64,000 bases of DNA from Octopus vulgaris (GCA_951406725.2 OX597830.1:7130001-7194000); one strand, 5' to 3'. Shown: positions 1 through 15,446, numbered from the stretch's first letter. The notes: generated by a model from the sequence alone, not told the origin. A program made the numbers and translations.

Positions 1-524
1 TGACCGAAACAAGTAAGAAATAAAGACAAAAGATTCAAGTATATGAATGGAAGACCATCACGCTTCGATGAGGTGGTCGCATATGAGAAAGGCGACCCGT
101 CAAGCCTTAGTGAATCAGGCTCACTGTTCTTTGCCACGACCGCTTTACAAACTATCCTTTCTAAACGGGAAAGATGACACAAATTATGCAGCAATTATTT
201 CAAATAAACTCCCTACGTTTTTAATTTGTTTTGTATTTTGTAAATTTTAAGCATCCAAAGCAGGAATTAGCTTCATTAACCGATGACTCCCAGAAAAGGG
301 GAAACTAACAATACGGTCTGTGGTTACTCGGGCATTCGTGCGTAGTAATGTGTTTAGGGGTGGGCTGTGCGTTATTTTACCAATTTTCTTTAATTTCATA
401 TTTAGGCATAATTAAATCGTAAGTTTCCAGTCACATTATATAAAGGACAGAAGGCAAACATTTTCAGATACCATGAATATATATGTTTGTGTGTGTGTAT
501 ATGTGGATGTATGTGTATATACAT

Positions 525-565
<41 letters not shown>

Positions 566-849
566 ATTAATATGTAAATATAATATGTGACGGATGGCCG
601 GATAACTGAAGAGATGGTGGTGTGGATTTCCACCTCGGCATCCGATACTCAGAGTTTTATCTTGGCTACCGAATAATTGTCACAAATTATATTTACAGAT
701 AAATTCCTCTATTTAGCTCTCTTTCTTTCTTTTGCAATCTTACCGTTTTTACCAATATTTATATAATTAATATATTTATGTGATGGAATCTCCTGCCGTA
801 GACCTCATTTGAGTGGTCAGTTTTTGCTGAACAACCTGCACAAATGATG

Positions 850-1075
850 TGTTTATGTTGATCAAATGTATCTGCTGTACGCTAGCTCACTCCCTCCATC
901 AAATCGACGTTGTCTGTAGATGTGCACAAGTGTGCTACACGTCCGATGCCCACATGATCGGAGAGCAATGTGAAATGCAGTGCTTTGCAAAGGAACAAAA
1001 CGTACCGCTTCGTCCACGAATGGAACACGCAGTCTTCTGATCGTGAGAGCAACACGCTAAACACTAGTCCACGCA
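850..1075 (-). mobile_element. Degenerate tRNA-derived SINE (family C)
   Basis: Reverse complement GTGGACTAGTGTTTAGCGTGTTGCTCTCACGATC...GTTCCTTTGCAAAGCACTGCATTTCACATTGCTC resembles the copies at 18150-18385 and 51065-51380. Confidence 0.55.
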
Positions 1076-1154
1076 TCTTTGCATAAACACACGCACACAG
1101 TCACACACACATACACACACACCAACACGCACATATATAATAATGCGAATGTGA

Positions 1155-1255
<101 letters not shown>

Positions 1256-2005
1256 TGTATGTTTGTAAGAATGTATGTGTGTGTACACGGATCGCCTGGT
1301 TTGAGGTTTAAACGTCCATGTTCTTTTACAGGGCTTAAAAGGATCTCTGTAGTAAGTGTGTGAATCTAAGGGAGGAATATGATATGTAAAATCATAATTA
1401 ACGGATCTTCTTGTATTTTCTTCTACCCAAAGTCAAGAACATTTCAATACCCCTTCGTACATTGAAATATCAAATTTATATCGAAAATATCACACATTCT
1501 TTGAACGCTATAACATAAAGTTACATCGAGAAAATTATTTAAAAAGCGAGGAAATATTGTAATACACGCACAAGATGAATATAATCGAAGAATAATCTGC
1601 CCAAGAGGGCAAATATTCCACTTTAGCAATGATTGGTATCGATCTAATGTCTATTAATTAGAGATTATCTTGAAGTACGGGAGAAAGTACTTTAAAAGTC
1701 GGTTAGAACTTATGTTGTTACATCGCTAGTAATATCCACCGGAGTGTTTTCTTTTAGTGGTTACAGTAATAAAAATAATGATGTAGGTGATGATCATGAT
1801 GATAAAAAAAACCTATAATAATAGAGGGTAATTATCATTATTTGGTTGTATAACGCTTAACATGGTTGCCTTACAAGCAACCCATCTAGGTTCGCTTTAC
1901 GCTCAGCGCATCAAATCATTGCCTCTATTTTTTTTCTTCAGTGAAATATCCCAGCAGAGCCGCTGTCTAATGACTGAAACAAGTAAAAGATATGAGTATG
2001 CATAT

Positions 2006-2070
<65 letters not shown>

Positions 2071-2147
2071 TATACATACATACACATATATCTATAGATA
2101 GATAGATAGATGTGTGTGTGTGTTCATATATATATATATATATATAA

Positions 2148-2205
<58 letters not shown>

Positions 2206-2261
2206 GTATGTGTAAATATACGAATATATAAATATATATATATATATGTATATATATATAC

Positions 2262-2320
<59 letters not shown>

Positions 2321-2433
2321 TTAACAGAGAAAAATACTAATTTATGATATATAGATATACCTATAAATACATAGACACACTAAGACAAATATATATGTAT
2401 ATTCAATAATCAGTAGATATATATGTATTTTTG

Positions 2434-2502
<69 letters not shown>

Positions 2503-3226
2503 GCGTTAATTTCATGAAGGGAGGGAAATTTTCATAGAGACATATATACATTTTCTTTTCATGAAAAACCGACAGCGCATTGTAGGAACGCCAATGCTAT
2601 AGGTTTTACTCTCACACACATTCACACACATATATTGTACATAAATATAGATAAACATATATATTTTATTATATACATTTACATTCTCTACAACATCAAA
2701 GTTATACTAATGTATATCTAAACTTTTGTATGTGTGTGTGTGAACGCGTATGTAACGCAATGCAAAAATCTAACGCGAACCGGAATTATATTTTTGCAAC
2801 TTTATTACGTATACTTCCTTGTCGATATAAACATTTATTAGTATATATTTTCTCTACGTGTGCATATATATATATATATATTACATATACATATATGTAT
2901 GTTTGTGTGTGTGTGTATGTAATGAATGTTACACGTTTCCGTCATTATACCATCGTTATATGCATTTATAATTATATAATACCATAATTATATACATATG
3001 CATGAACACATATGCATTTGTGTACGTATAGGTGTGTTTATAGATAAGTAATTTCATATATACGCATGTGTGTATAATATTTTTAGTGCAAACGGTATAA
3101 TTTGAACTCGATTCATTTGTGTTTATAAATTGTTTTCATCGACTGAAATTGTATCCCGAAACGCTGGGCACTCGATTCACTTTGGAACTTCTTCTAATTA
3201 AGAAAAAGTGATATATGCAAGTGCAT

Positions 3227-3420
<194 letters not shown>

Positions 3421-3447
3421 CATTATGTATGTATATATGAATATATT

Positions 3448-3515
<68 letters not shown>

Positions 3516-3878
3516 TGCCTACGCTTCCAGTTATGTGCATACATACCCCGCCGCAAGAAGGAAAAGCGTAGACCTGGATATTTGGGAAATGTGTTTGTAA
3601 AGCTTTAAGCTTCTTAACATCACACACACACACACACACGCACACACATACACACATTCTTACGAACATATATTCATACACGAGCAGACACGTGAATATG
3701 ACAAATACGCGCGCGCATGCACACACACAAAAACATCTATATACACATTCACACACACACACACACCTACACAACACACACATGCTTCCTCCAACTGGAA
3801 TTCCCGCATACATACACTTATATACATTTGTGAATATATTCATTTATATAAAGCATTGCTATATGTGGATCTACATTA

Positions 3879-3915
<37 letters not shown>

Positions 3916-4242
3916 TGTATGTATGTATATATTTATAAATGTATGTATGCTTGTGTGTTTGAGTAGGAGCGTGTGCGCATGCGTGTGACCATTAACGCAC
4001 GTGTACCTTAAAAGTATATAATTACATATTGCAGACAACAAGCACAGGTACGATGAAAGCTAATGAAAGGAGAGTTGTTGCTTAGTACTCCGATTACCTG
4101 AGTGTTACGAGTCAGCGGCGGACCCTCTACACCAATCCATTTTCAAACACGCACACGCACACACACACACACACACGAATATACATTTAAATGTATACAC
4201 ATGTACATATACCTCAAATTATATAATTTAAGTGTGTGCATG

Positions 4243-4298
<56 letters not shown>

Positions 4299-4439
4299 TA
4301 TGTATATTTTCTCTTTTACATGGTCTAGAAACACATACACAAAGGCACATATACACACTCATATACGAATATATATGTATATCTATATATATATATTTAC
4401 GTATGTATGTATGTATGTATGTGTATCTATCTACCCATC

Positions 4440-4473
<34 letters not shown>

Positions 4474-4499
4474 ATAGATATTTATGTATGTGTGCGCGC

Positions 4500-4540
<41 letters not shown>

Positions 4541-5082
4541 TGTATGTATATATATATACATACATATATATATATTAAAGGGTTGCGTCAAGTAATGGCG
4601 GTACAATGCGGGAAAATATAGATCAAAATATTAAAAGGAGAAGGAAACAAAAGTTGTAATCTTTCCTAGTATTTTGGGGAAATGAGCCCTTCTTCAGGAG
4701 AGCGAAGGATGAGAAAAGCATAAGTATATGCCTGTGTCAATATATATGCGTATGATGCACTAATACATGTCTTTTAGTAAATTGTATTCGCTCCTACGCA
4801 TTCAAGGACTTGTGTACTAAATTGCAGTTAACTTGAAAAGCCGATAAGTTGAAACAGAGAAGCATGTGAGTGAACTGTTTGAATGGAAAAAATAATTTGG
4901 TACACATATGTATGTATATGTGTGTATGTATATGTGTGTGTGTGCGTGTGTGTGTTTGTGTGTGTGTGTGTGCATATAAGGGATGCATGTATACAGATAG
5001 AAATATACACAAATCACAATTTCTAGCACACAAATACACACGCTTAAGTACATGAATATATGCCTGCGTCTATGTATATGTG

Positions 5083-5179
<97 letters not shown>

Positions 5180-5371
5180 GATGAGTAACTGATCTATATG
5201 AATATGTACGAATATACAAACACACACGCACTCAGACATATATATATATATATATATATGCCTGTCTGTCTGTCTGTCTGTATGTATGTATGTATGTATG
5301 TATGTATGTATATATATATATGCATGCATATGTTTATGCATATATATAATTGCATATATTTATACATACAA

Positions 5372-5451
<80 letters not shown>

Positions 5452-5507
5452 ATATATCAAGGGTAGGAGAGAAGGCGCACGATAATATACCACATACGGA
5501 AAAATAG

Positions 5508-5547
<40 letters not shown>

Positions 5548-6086
5548 AGTGTATTTGTAATCTCGTTGTTTTGTTCCCAACGTATAGTTTTGCAAAATTT
5601 AATATACAATATTAACGTTTATATCTAATCTCGACTTAATTCTATTTCCACGACTCTAGAGCTGCGCTGAGATATACATATGGATAAGTTGTAGACATTT
5701 GTGTATATATATATATATACTCACATGAATGTGTGCAATTCTGTAGAAGATATCTATCCTTATACGCACAGGTCAGTACGAATGAGCATATCCACATATG
5801 TACATATACCTGTACATATGCATGTGTGTATATATATATATACATGTATGCGTGCTGTGTGTGTGTATGTATGTGTGTGTGTGTGTGTTTGTATCATAAA
5901 TGTAAAGCGCCAGTTAAGTGCTGTGATATATAAATAATATTTAGAAATTCGTATGTTCTTTTATATTCCTAAATAGAAAAAAACTGTAAATAGACCTTCC
6001 GTTGTTTAATCAAAGTTATTTGCAACTGGCTTCCATAGATCTTAAGATTACAGAGAACATATATCAGCACACACACATATACACAC

Positions 6087-6166
<80 letters not shown>

Positions 6167-7140
6167 GTACACACACATATATACACATATTCATACATAT
6201 ACACACATACATACACCTATACACACACACAATTCTATATACTCATATATACACATATATATATATCTATATATACACATATATACATACATATATACAT
6301 ACATACATACATATAACTGACGACGTCGCTTTAAGATTCTGTAAATATCTTCAAAACTAATTCTTGTTTTTTGAACAACACGTACATATTCAAATTTACG
6401 AACATTTTTGATGCCAGATCACACACACATACACACACACACACAGATAGAGGTACATGGATTTTAATATACATATAAATTACATTTGCATTTGCAGGTA
6501 ATATAAATTACATTTGCATATGCAGGTAATATCTTCTCTTTCAAATTTTGAATTGCGATCATGGCTGTGTTTACTTTCAGTAATTTTTAATAAAAGAAAT
6601 CTTTATAATCCTTAAACAGTCACGTGTATATACTTTGGAACAATAACATCCATTTTTCTATTTAGTTTCTGATGACATTCTTGACCTCAATACCTGAATA
6701 CGACGACGGCAGTTGTGCGCTTATATTTTCATAGAATTCCATGAGAAAATTGAGAATAATTTTATGAAAGTATATTTACAACTGTAAACAAATGACAAAT
6801 TAACTGAACTGATACACCACAAGTACGCTGATGGCGAATGTATTAGTTATACCATTTTTCCAATGATCTCTCGCTGCCTACTACAAAGCGTAGCCACAGC
6901 AATCCACATCACCATTTCATTTAGAAGACATGATTAACATCGTTTTAAAATGTTCCAGGAATTAACAGCCTTTGGGTCTAAAGTGGATACGATTGTCATT
7001 TATAAGATATATTGAATTCAGTCGCCGAAGGGTCTTCCATATAAACTGCAAACGCATTCCAACACATATTCATACATAAAGGACTACACAAACATATCTA
7101 TGTATGCATATATGTAATTATATATATATATATATATATC

Positions 7141-7505
7141 ACATGGTCTCGGGTTCAGTCCCAGTTCGTGGGACCCTGGGCAAGTGACTTCTTCTATAGC
7201 CTCGGGCCGACCAAATCCTCGTGAGTGGATTTGGTGGACAGAATCTGAAAGATGCCCGTCAAACATATATGAATATATCTATGTTCATGTGCATGTGTGT
7301 GTATATGTTGCACCATCACAGATTGAGAACCGGTGTTGGTGTGTTTACGTCCCTGTGACTTAGCGGTTCAGCAAAAGAAACTAATAGAATAAGTACTAGA
7401 CTTTAAAAAACCTAAGTGCTGGAGTCGATTTGTTCTATTAAAATCCCTCAAGGTGGTGCTCCAGCATGGCTATAGTCAAATGACTGAAACAAGTGAAAGA
7501 AGAAA
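7141..7505 (+). mobile_element. tRNA-derived SINE family A (5'-truncated)
   Basis: GGGTTCAGTCCC B-box, CTGGGCAAGTGACTTCTTCTATAGCCTCGGGCCGACCAAA core, internal TA/TG tract, and tail CTCCAGCATGGC...AAATGACTGAAACAAG shared with other copies. Confidence 0.85.
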
Positions 7506-8628
7506 AGAGTATTATATACATTCATATACGTATGTGTACGCGCATGTTCGTCACGTAAAATATTATTCAGCTCTGTCGCTATACGTTCCCTGGCGCCATT
7601 TTGGTCACTGGTGCCAAAAGGTCACTGGTACCATTCATGTCCACGTTCTTTAAGACAAAAAGAAAATGGAGTGTGTTCCATGAAATTCATAGACTCTCGC
7701 AGATTTTAGACTTCTTCCATCAGATTCCCAAATATCCCACAATACCGGTAATATTATAGGACCATATAATTTATTTATGTTCCCCTACCTATTAATTATC
7801 TTTGTACTGTTGTGAAAATCTCGATATACCTGTTTGCATTCTGAGTTCAAATAGCGCCTGAATCGATTTTTCATTTTATACTTCCGTGGGTCGATAACGT
7901 ATTAAGAAAAGACAGACAAACACTTCAAATATATTTTCACTGCATATTTTCTTCCACCGGTGCCAAAATCCAAAAGGTCTTGGATAAAAAGCTGAATGAA
8001 GGCACTTGCACTTCATAGACAACGCAATCTATATCCAATGAGTTTCTTTTATTGGTCCTTGTTGTCTGGTCCCTTTATCAATTTTTTGCGCCCAACTCGT
8101 TTTATTTAATAAGAAAAAAAATTCTTATTCATCCATATATAATTTGCTTTCGTCATTATGACGTTGGAGGAGTTTTAAAAAACTTGGAAAACATCTAAAT
8201 TTTAGTCAAAGCCTCAAATATTCCGCCCTTGTTTTAGTCCTCCCCTGGACCCTTTCGCGTTATCTTATTCATGCGTGATGAAAAACCCTGGCCAAGAACA
8301 CTATATTCTTATTTGAACTTATATTTTCGTTCCTTCTGTAGAAATTTTGCTTCTTATGACTTGCTGCCCACCGTATTCTGTGTAAACCACGAAACATATT
8401 TCTGTTTCCATGTCCTTCATCCGTTGCTTGGATGGTATACCATTGCTACTGCTGTTGCTGTTCTTGTTATTGTTGTTTACCTTACCAGCTTCGCTTCGGT
8501 ATATAACCAGGCCTCAGTTGTCTGCAACCGGTGGATTAACGTAATATTCTTCATTCACACTTCCAGAAATCTCCAAACAACACTATTTTCTGTCGATGCT
8601 TTAACCTCACGTTTATTCTATATTTTCA

Positions 8629-8669
<41 letters not shown>

Positions 8670-8686
8670 CATCATCATCATCATCA

Positions 8687-9075
8687 AGGCGGCGAGCAGG
8701 CAGAATCGTTAGCACGCCGGTATTTCGTCCGTCTTTACATTCTGAGTTCAAATTCCGCTGAGGTCGACTTTGCCTTTCAGCCTTCAAGGCTCGATGAAAT
8801 AAGTGCCGCTTGTGCACTGGGTTCCATTTAATCGACTAGGCCCCTTCTCCAAAATTTCAGGCCTTGTGCTTATAACAGAAAGCATTATGATCATTAGCGA
8901 AATGCTTAGTGGTATTTCGCCCGTCGCTATGTTCCAAGTTCAAATTTCGCCGAGGTCGACTTTGCCGTTCATCTTTCTGGGGTCGATAAATCAAGCACCA
9001 GTCAAATGCTAGATTCGATATAATCGACTCATCCCCTCCCCCAAAATTACTGCCCTTGTGGCAAAATTTGAAACC
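8687..9075 (+). mobile_element. Two tandem copies of SINE family B
   Basis: AGGCGGCGAGC.GGCAGAA.CGTTAGCACGCC head, GAGTTCAAATTCC B-box, GGTCGACTTTGCCTTTCA core. Begins directly after (TTA)n(TCA)n. Confidence 0.85.
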
Positions 9076-9308
9076 ATTATTGTTGTTGTTGTTCTTGCCG
9101 TTGCTGTTATTCTTGTTCTTATTCCTGTCGTTGTTGTTGTTGCCGTCGTGTCTTATATTTTAGATGCCATCTCGGTTTGCTATAATTAATTACTTCACGT
9201 TCATACACATTGACATCAATATTTCATAAATTAATTGTATTAGCTAGATACAGTGCTACTGTATATGTACAAACACACACAGATGTTTACATACGTATGT
9301 GTGTATGC

Positions 9309-9367
<59 letters not shown>

Positions 9368-10462
9368 CCTACATACATGTGTAATAGTGTGTTTATTTAT
9401 TAATATATGGTTTTCGTTAAGATTTATTTAAACTCTTCGCAGAATTCCAGCTGGTCACTTATTGGTAAGTCATTTTTTTTTTCTTTGGCGGAGGGGATGG
9501 TCGATAGATTTTTCAATATATGAATTAGTGTTTGTGTGTGTGACTAAGTCTCTTCTTTATGACTATGTATCTCTATACCATACGATCACGTCTGAGTCAG
9601 TATCTTCACATTAGGTACCTCAAATAGGACGTAAGTTGTAATATTGTAAAATCTTCAATGTGCCATAATTCGATCAGATCTGGAGGATGTGAATCGATTT
9701 GCTTTGTTCTCTCTTGGAAATTACCCAGCATGAAACAACCAATAATAGGCAGGATAAGACAATTGTAGGTTCGTCATTAGTTCACCGCAGTTCGTCTTGT
9801 TTACAACATCTTTGTTATAAATACTATTTCTTAGCTATAAGTTATCCCTTTCCTTAGCTATGAGTTTACTATGATATGTTTACTTGTAGTAATAAGCTGG
9901 AGAAATCCTAGGTAACGTTTATATTTTTAACGCTGTTGATATCATTGGATTGAGTGGTACTCCTCAGGTGTTGAAACCATAGTGATATCCGTTTGAGCAG
10001 CTGATGATGGGAATGCATATATGTTATGCTCGATTGTGAATTTCTTATCTTCTAGTTTCGATTTTTTCTGAGTTGTCCTTCATTCTTGTAAAGTGGAAAG
10101 TGTTTGTGAATTCATAGTCCGTCGAGATCGCTAACTTTAGTTTTGTAGGTAACTAATTTGGCTTGGGCAAGGTTTAGATTTTGGTGTCTAGTTTTGGGAG
10201 GTTTTATGGCATATATTCACACGATCATGCGTTCATACATGCATATTTATAATTTTATCCGCACGATACATATTTTTCAGCAGAGTAGGCTTTTTGCTCG
10301 CTACGTCAGAGAACGGTATCAATACCATTGTCTTTTTATGGTAGGTCACACCAGAATTCTTTATTGGTTATAAACAGAGATAGATTCTAGTTCTGGTATG
10401 CAATCTTAGTGTCTGCCAACAGACAGGACTGTAAACATGCACGTATGTATATCCGTCTGATG

Positions 10463-10501
<39 letters not shown>

Positions 10502-10779
10502 GATATATAAGACCTGGATGTGAGTATATCCATGTCCATGCAAGTGTACGGTACCCATATTATTGTCTATATCCACGCGTGGTCAACCTCTCTGTATGCT
10601 TGCAGGACAAAATATAACTAAAATAACGATTTTGTATTTGCCATACACCAGTACCGTTTAGAGCTCGCTTACATAATTAGGTTTGACAGAGATGACTGCC
10701 GCTACATAAATTATCGCGTCGGTATATCATGACTGATTGAATAGGTAAGCTCTGGTGTTGCTGCACCGGTTATTGGTTG

Positions 10780-11660
10780 TTTATTTGTAATATTTTCCAT
10801 GCTACTGTACAGTTATAACTAACTTTTATGCAGTTCCTGTTAAAGGGTTTTCTGCAGCGGTGCTGAGTTCAAAAATGTTTCTCTGTACGATCTATAGAAA
10901 AGTTGAGGCGATATTACTCTTTACAATTAAGGAAAAAATTGGGTATAAACAAAATGATATTGAGGTTTTGTTCAGTTGACTAGGGATGTAAGTAATTCCA
11001 TCTTTGATCCAAATGTTTTCTAATGCACTATTGTAATAAGGGGCTGGAGTGGTTATTTTTAGAGCGAACGTCTTCAAAGTGCTAATGAGGTCTTCCCTGA
11101 AGGCATCCAATAAATGCTCGATGGTGTCATGAGAAGCAAATGTTATTTTATCCGCATACAACACTCTCTGCTATGGCACGCAAATCGTTCTAATTTACTC
11201 ATAGGCGACAAGGTCACATAGCTTTGCTATCTGACAACCATACACTGATGTCGAATGAACGATGGGATCTGATTTTTGACCCAGGCGAATATTTATTATT
11301 CATAATCTCTATGTGATTATCATACACGTTTGTTGTACCTTCAGGTGAAGTATAGGAGGCTAATGAGAAGTAATTGAGAAATCGAAGTAAAAAAAGAAAC
11401 ACCGAACACTAGCAAACCAGGTGAACCGAGGTTAGTCTGAAGTCCTTCTCTTGCTGGGGTCTGCCGACATTTTTCAATGTTCCACTTAACCTTAAGATAC
11501 ATTAAATAAATAGTTGCACTCTCTTTACTTGACAATGCTACGGCTTGACCAACATTCGATGCTTTAACTCGGGAAATTTACTTCAACACAAGATTAAACT
11601 TCGGACATGTCTCCTTTCTTAACAGATTCTATTCCAGCTATTTCTTGAGTTGAATCACCA
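10780..11660 (-). mobile_element. Highly decayed non-LTR retrotransposon RT fragment (RTE-like)
   Basis: Broken minus-strand frames give, in the expected order, KKGDMSE, NVGQAVA, IEKCRQ, AREGL..LGSP and LYADKITFASH, resembling KGDRSDC / IVGKVFA / EKCREQ / SREGL..GCP / LYADD of RTE-clade RTs. Confidence 0.5.
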
Positions 11661-11811
11661 CTTGCATTTTAGCTCACAAAACACCCTGATATCGTATAAT
11701 ATCTCGAAAACTCTCTCCCATTTATTTATCCTTAAACTTCCCTTATTTATTAATTCACATTTTACTTTGAAATTCACACATTTTAATCTCAGTTATGATA
11801 TAACAGAAGCA

Positions 11812-11842
<31 letters not shown>

Positions 11843-11920
11843 CTTTACCTTTGGTCCATTAAGTGAGTGGCGCTCCTTAGAACCAAGAAGATTCTGATCA
11901 TCCATGTAGGAATAATAATG

Positions 11921-11986
<66 letters not shown>

Positions 11987-12292
11987 TTTTGTTTTCATTG
12001 AAATATGTATCCGTAGTAAAAAAAAATATGAGAAACGTTTATAGGGGTGTGTAAATATGTTTGGGTGCCCGTGTGGGTGTATACTTGGCGGCTGATTGTC
12101 GGTGTATGTATACTTTGTACGGCATTTGTGATTCATATTAATATATTTGTATTTTAATTTATTCGCTATTCTCTACCTGTATCTTTATCTATCTGCCAAT
12201 GCAGGTATCTGTCTATGTATTTATCTGTCTGTTTATCTGTCCGTCTGAATGTCTGTCTATTTCTCTCTCACTCTCTCTCTATATATATATAG

Positions 12293-12333
<41 letters not shown>

Positions 12334-12736
12334 TGTTTTTATATATATATATATATATGGGTGTGGGTGTGTCAGTATGCATGTATATATGTATATATGT
12401 ATGTATATTTGTGTGTGTGTGTGTGTTCGTGTGTGCGTTTGTGTGCGTGCGTGTGTATACATGTGTATAAACTCATACATATATGAGTGCGTCTACTCAT
12501 TTGTGCACAAGCAGAAACTCATACAAATAGACATACACACGCATTCACATCATATACTCCCCCAACACACACACACACACACGCACGCACACGCACACAC
12601 ACGCGCGCGCACGCATATCGTATTTTATGCCATTTCCTCCTTTCTGTGACATTTTGAATTAGATTTATATTTTGTGCAGCAAAGTTTTGGGTTAACTTAT
12701 AGCTATTACATTCTGACGGTTTAGGTTTGTTTCAGA

Positions 12737-12737
12737 T

Positions 12738-12786
<49 letters not shown>

Positions 12787-13210
12787 CCATCAACATCATC
12801 ACTACCACCACCACCACCATCATCACCACCGTCACCGACATCATCATCATCATTATCGTAATCATCACCACCACCACCACCATCCCACGATTGTCACCGA
12901 CATCATCATCATCATCACATTCATCACCATGACAATCATCATCATCATCATCATCAGGAACAACAACAAAATTATGAGCAGCAGCAGCTACAGTAGCAAC
13001 AACTCTATCCTCATCACCGCAATCTTCATCAAAACACTTATTATCACTATCACCCTCGTCATCATCATCATCGTCGTCGTCATCATCATCATCAGCAGCA
13101 GCTGAACACCAACTATCATCAACGTTTTCATCCTCTTCAGAATTATCACCACGGCGACCAGCATCATTTGCATCATCAACAAAACATACATCGTCCTAGA
13201 CTTCATCTAT

Positions 13211-13252
<42 letters not shown>

Positions 13253-13315
13253 GTTGTCATCGTCATCGTCATCATCGATCAGCAGCAACGGCTCAGAAAC
13301 AGCAGCACCAGCATC

Positions 13316-13347
<32 letters not shown>
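12737..13347 (+). repeat. Compound trinucleotide array (CAT)n/(CAC)n/(CAG)n
   Basis: Directly visible, ~610 bp, degenerate. Confidence 0.9.
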
Positions 13348-13348
<1 letters not shown>

Positions 13349-13744
13349 CTATCGAATCTTTGTAGAATATGGTCTTTGACTATTTTCTTTTAACCTCTGA
13401 CTTCAAAATCCCGCTGTTTAAGAGTTTTACTTTCACCGTTTCGTGTTCTTGGAATTAAAGAACCAATTAAGAACGGAGACCATTTTGGCACTTCGGAGGA
13501 GTAAGAACAAATTCTGAAACAGTTCTGAACGGTAGAGTCGGTAGAGCACCGGCAAAAAGGCAAAGGCCCTGTGATATCTCTTTCGGCTTTTAATCTTCTG
13601 AGTACCCCCACACACCCCCGTAGTCAAATTTGTTTTACATCCTTTGGAGGTCAATTAGAAACACATAACAACTAAATATCCGGGTAGATGTAAACAACTA
13701 CCTTCATCTCTTCAAAATCGCTGACTTTGTGTCTAAATCAGTGC

Positions 13745-14392
13745 GTCGAACAAAATGCTTAGCTGCATTTCTTTCGGTTCTTTACGTTCAGAGTTGAAAT
13801 TCCGTCGAGACTGACTTTCCCTTTCGTCATACCACTATCGATAAAATAACGTACCAGTTGCGCACTTGGGTTGATATTATTGACATTTACCCCTTCTCTA
13901 AAGTCGTTCGCCCTGAGCCAAAATTTTAAGCATAAGACGGCTAGGTGGTTGAATCTTCTGGGTATCGGACTAAATGTTTAGCGGCATTTCTTCCGGCTTT
14001 ACGCCGATGACGACATTGATCTTTCCTCCTTTCGGAATCGATAAAAGAAAGTATCAGTTGAGAATTAGGACCGATGTAATCGATTACCTCACTCTCACCA
14101 AATTGCAGGCTTTGTGCCTATTCTGCTGCAAAATGGCCGAAACGTTAGCACGACGGGCAAAATGTTTAGCGGTATTTCGTCTGCCGCTGCGTTCTGAGTT
14201 CAAATTCTGCCGAGGTCTACTTTGCCTTTCATCCTTTCGGGGTTGATTAAATAAGTACCAGTTACACACTGGGGTCGATGTAATCGACTTAATCCGTTTG
14301 TCTGTCCTTGTTTGTCCCCTCCGTGTGTAGCCCCTTGTGGGCTGTAAAGAAATACATATCTATGTTTAGCCCCCTGTGGGCGATAAAGAAAT
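13745..14392 (+). mobile_element. Cluster of three SINE family B copies (two old, one young with long tail)
   Basis: Repeated AAATGCTTAGC..ATTTC, GAGTTCAAATT and GATAAA.TAAGTACCAG motifs. The third copy ends TTTGTCCCCTCCGTGTGTAGCCCCTTGTGGGCTGTAAAGAAATA, followed by a partial duplicate of that tail. Confidence 0.8.
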
Positions 14393-14609
14393 AAATATTA
14401 TAAATTATATTTATTGTTACAGTTGTAGAACGACATTTCATTTCGATCATGCTAGTGTACGATCGAATGCATCGCCATCCGTGACTCTCACCTACATTTT
14501 CAGTCCTAGTGACTCTAGATTACTCTTACTCAAGGTGTTCTTCTATCTAACAAGTTGGTAGAGTAAGATACGAAGGAATTTAGCGGACATATTTAGCAAA
14601 TATATGTTT

Positions 14610-15025
14610 GGCGTGGCTGTGTGGTAAGAAGCTTGCGTCCCAGCCACATGGTTCAGGGTTCAGTCCTTCTGCGCCTCACTTTGGGCAAGTGCCTTCTACT
14701 ATAACCTCGGGCCGACCAAAGTCTTGTGCGTTTATTTGGTAGATGGAAACTGAAAGAAGCCCGCCGTATACATACATATACATACGTATGTGTGTGTGTG
14801 TGTGTACATATTTTTATTCCAGTGTTTCTCCCCTCACTACCAGCATCGCTTGACAACCGATGCTGGTGTGTTTACGTTCCCGTAATTTAGCGATTCGGGA
14901 AAATAGGCCAATAGAATAAGTACTGGGCTTACAACGAATAAGTCCTGGGAGGAGGTCCATCTCTTCGACCAAAGGCGTTGCTCCAGCATGGCCACAGTGA
15001 AATGGCTGGGACAAGTAAAAGAATA
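14610..15025 (+). mobile_element. Near full-length SINE family A
   Basis: A-box GTGGCTGTGTGGTAAG, B-box GGTTCAGTCC, TTGGGCAAGTG core, internal (TA)(TG) microsatellite, conserved 3' half. Confidence 0.9.
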
Positions 15026-15226
15026 GAAGAGTAAAAAAGAATTGCTGTTTTTGTTATCATTGTTGTTGTTAAAGTTAGCACCGTGTCAGAGGACTGATAA
15101 TCAAAAGCGCTCCACTCGTGACCATCTCCACGTATAAAGGATAACTAAAAGCGCAGCATTCAACGTAACCCCACTCTCAAATTACAATATTTACGGGAAT
15201 GGGGGAAGTAATTTAAAGCTTAATTG

Positions 15227-15261
<35 letters not shown>

Positions 15262-15446
15262 TGCTGCCGCTACTCCTGCTGCTGTTAGCGTTGTTGTTGT
15301 TGTTGTTGATGGAATCACTTACAATTTATTAACCAGTAAGCTAAACAAATATTGACGCTGGTCGACGTTTAGAAAATGTAACGGGAGCCAAAAGACGTCG
15401 CTTGCATTATAAAACGAAACTCGTTATTTTAAATCTACTACTACTG

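Noticed and set aside
9480-10430. Possible LINE endonuclease remnant (NIYAFP on the minus strand)
   Set aside because: Single weak motif, and on the wrong side of the nearby RT fragment; cannot be supported.
12737-13347. Poly-His/Gln coding exon
   Set aside because: No flanking complex coding sequence or convincing splice sites; behaves as a degenerate trinucleotide array.
13390-13654. Possible Dll exon 2 (RNGESKTLKQR vaguely like NGKGKKMRKPR)
   Set aside because: No TIYSS/YLALPERA homeodomain residues follow; a chance resemblance.
14610-14690. tRNA gene
   Set aside because: A/B boxes belong to SINE heads that continue into SINE core sequence; no complete cloverleaf.
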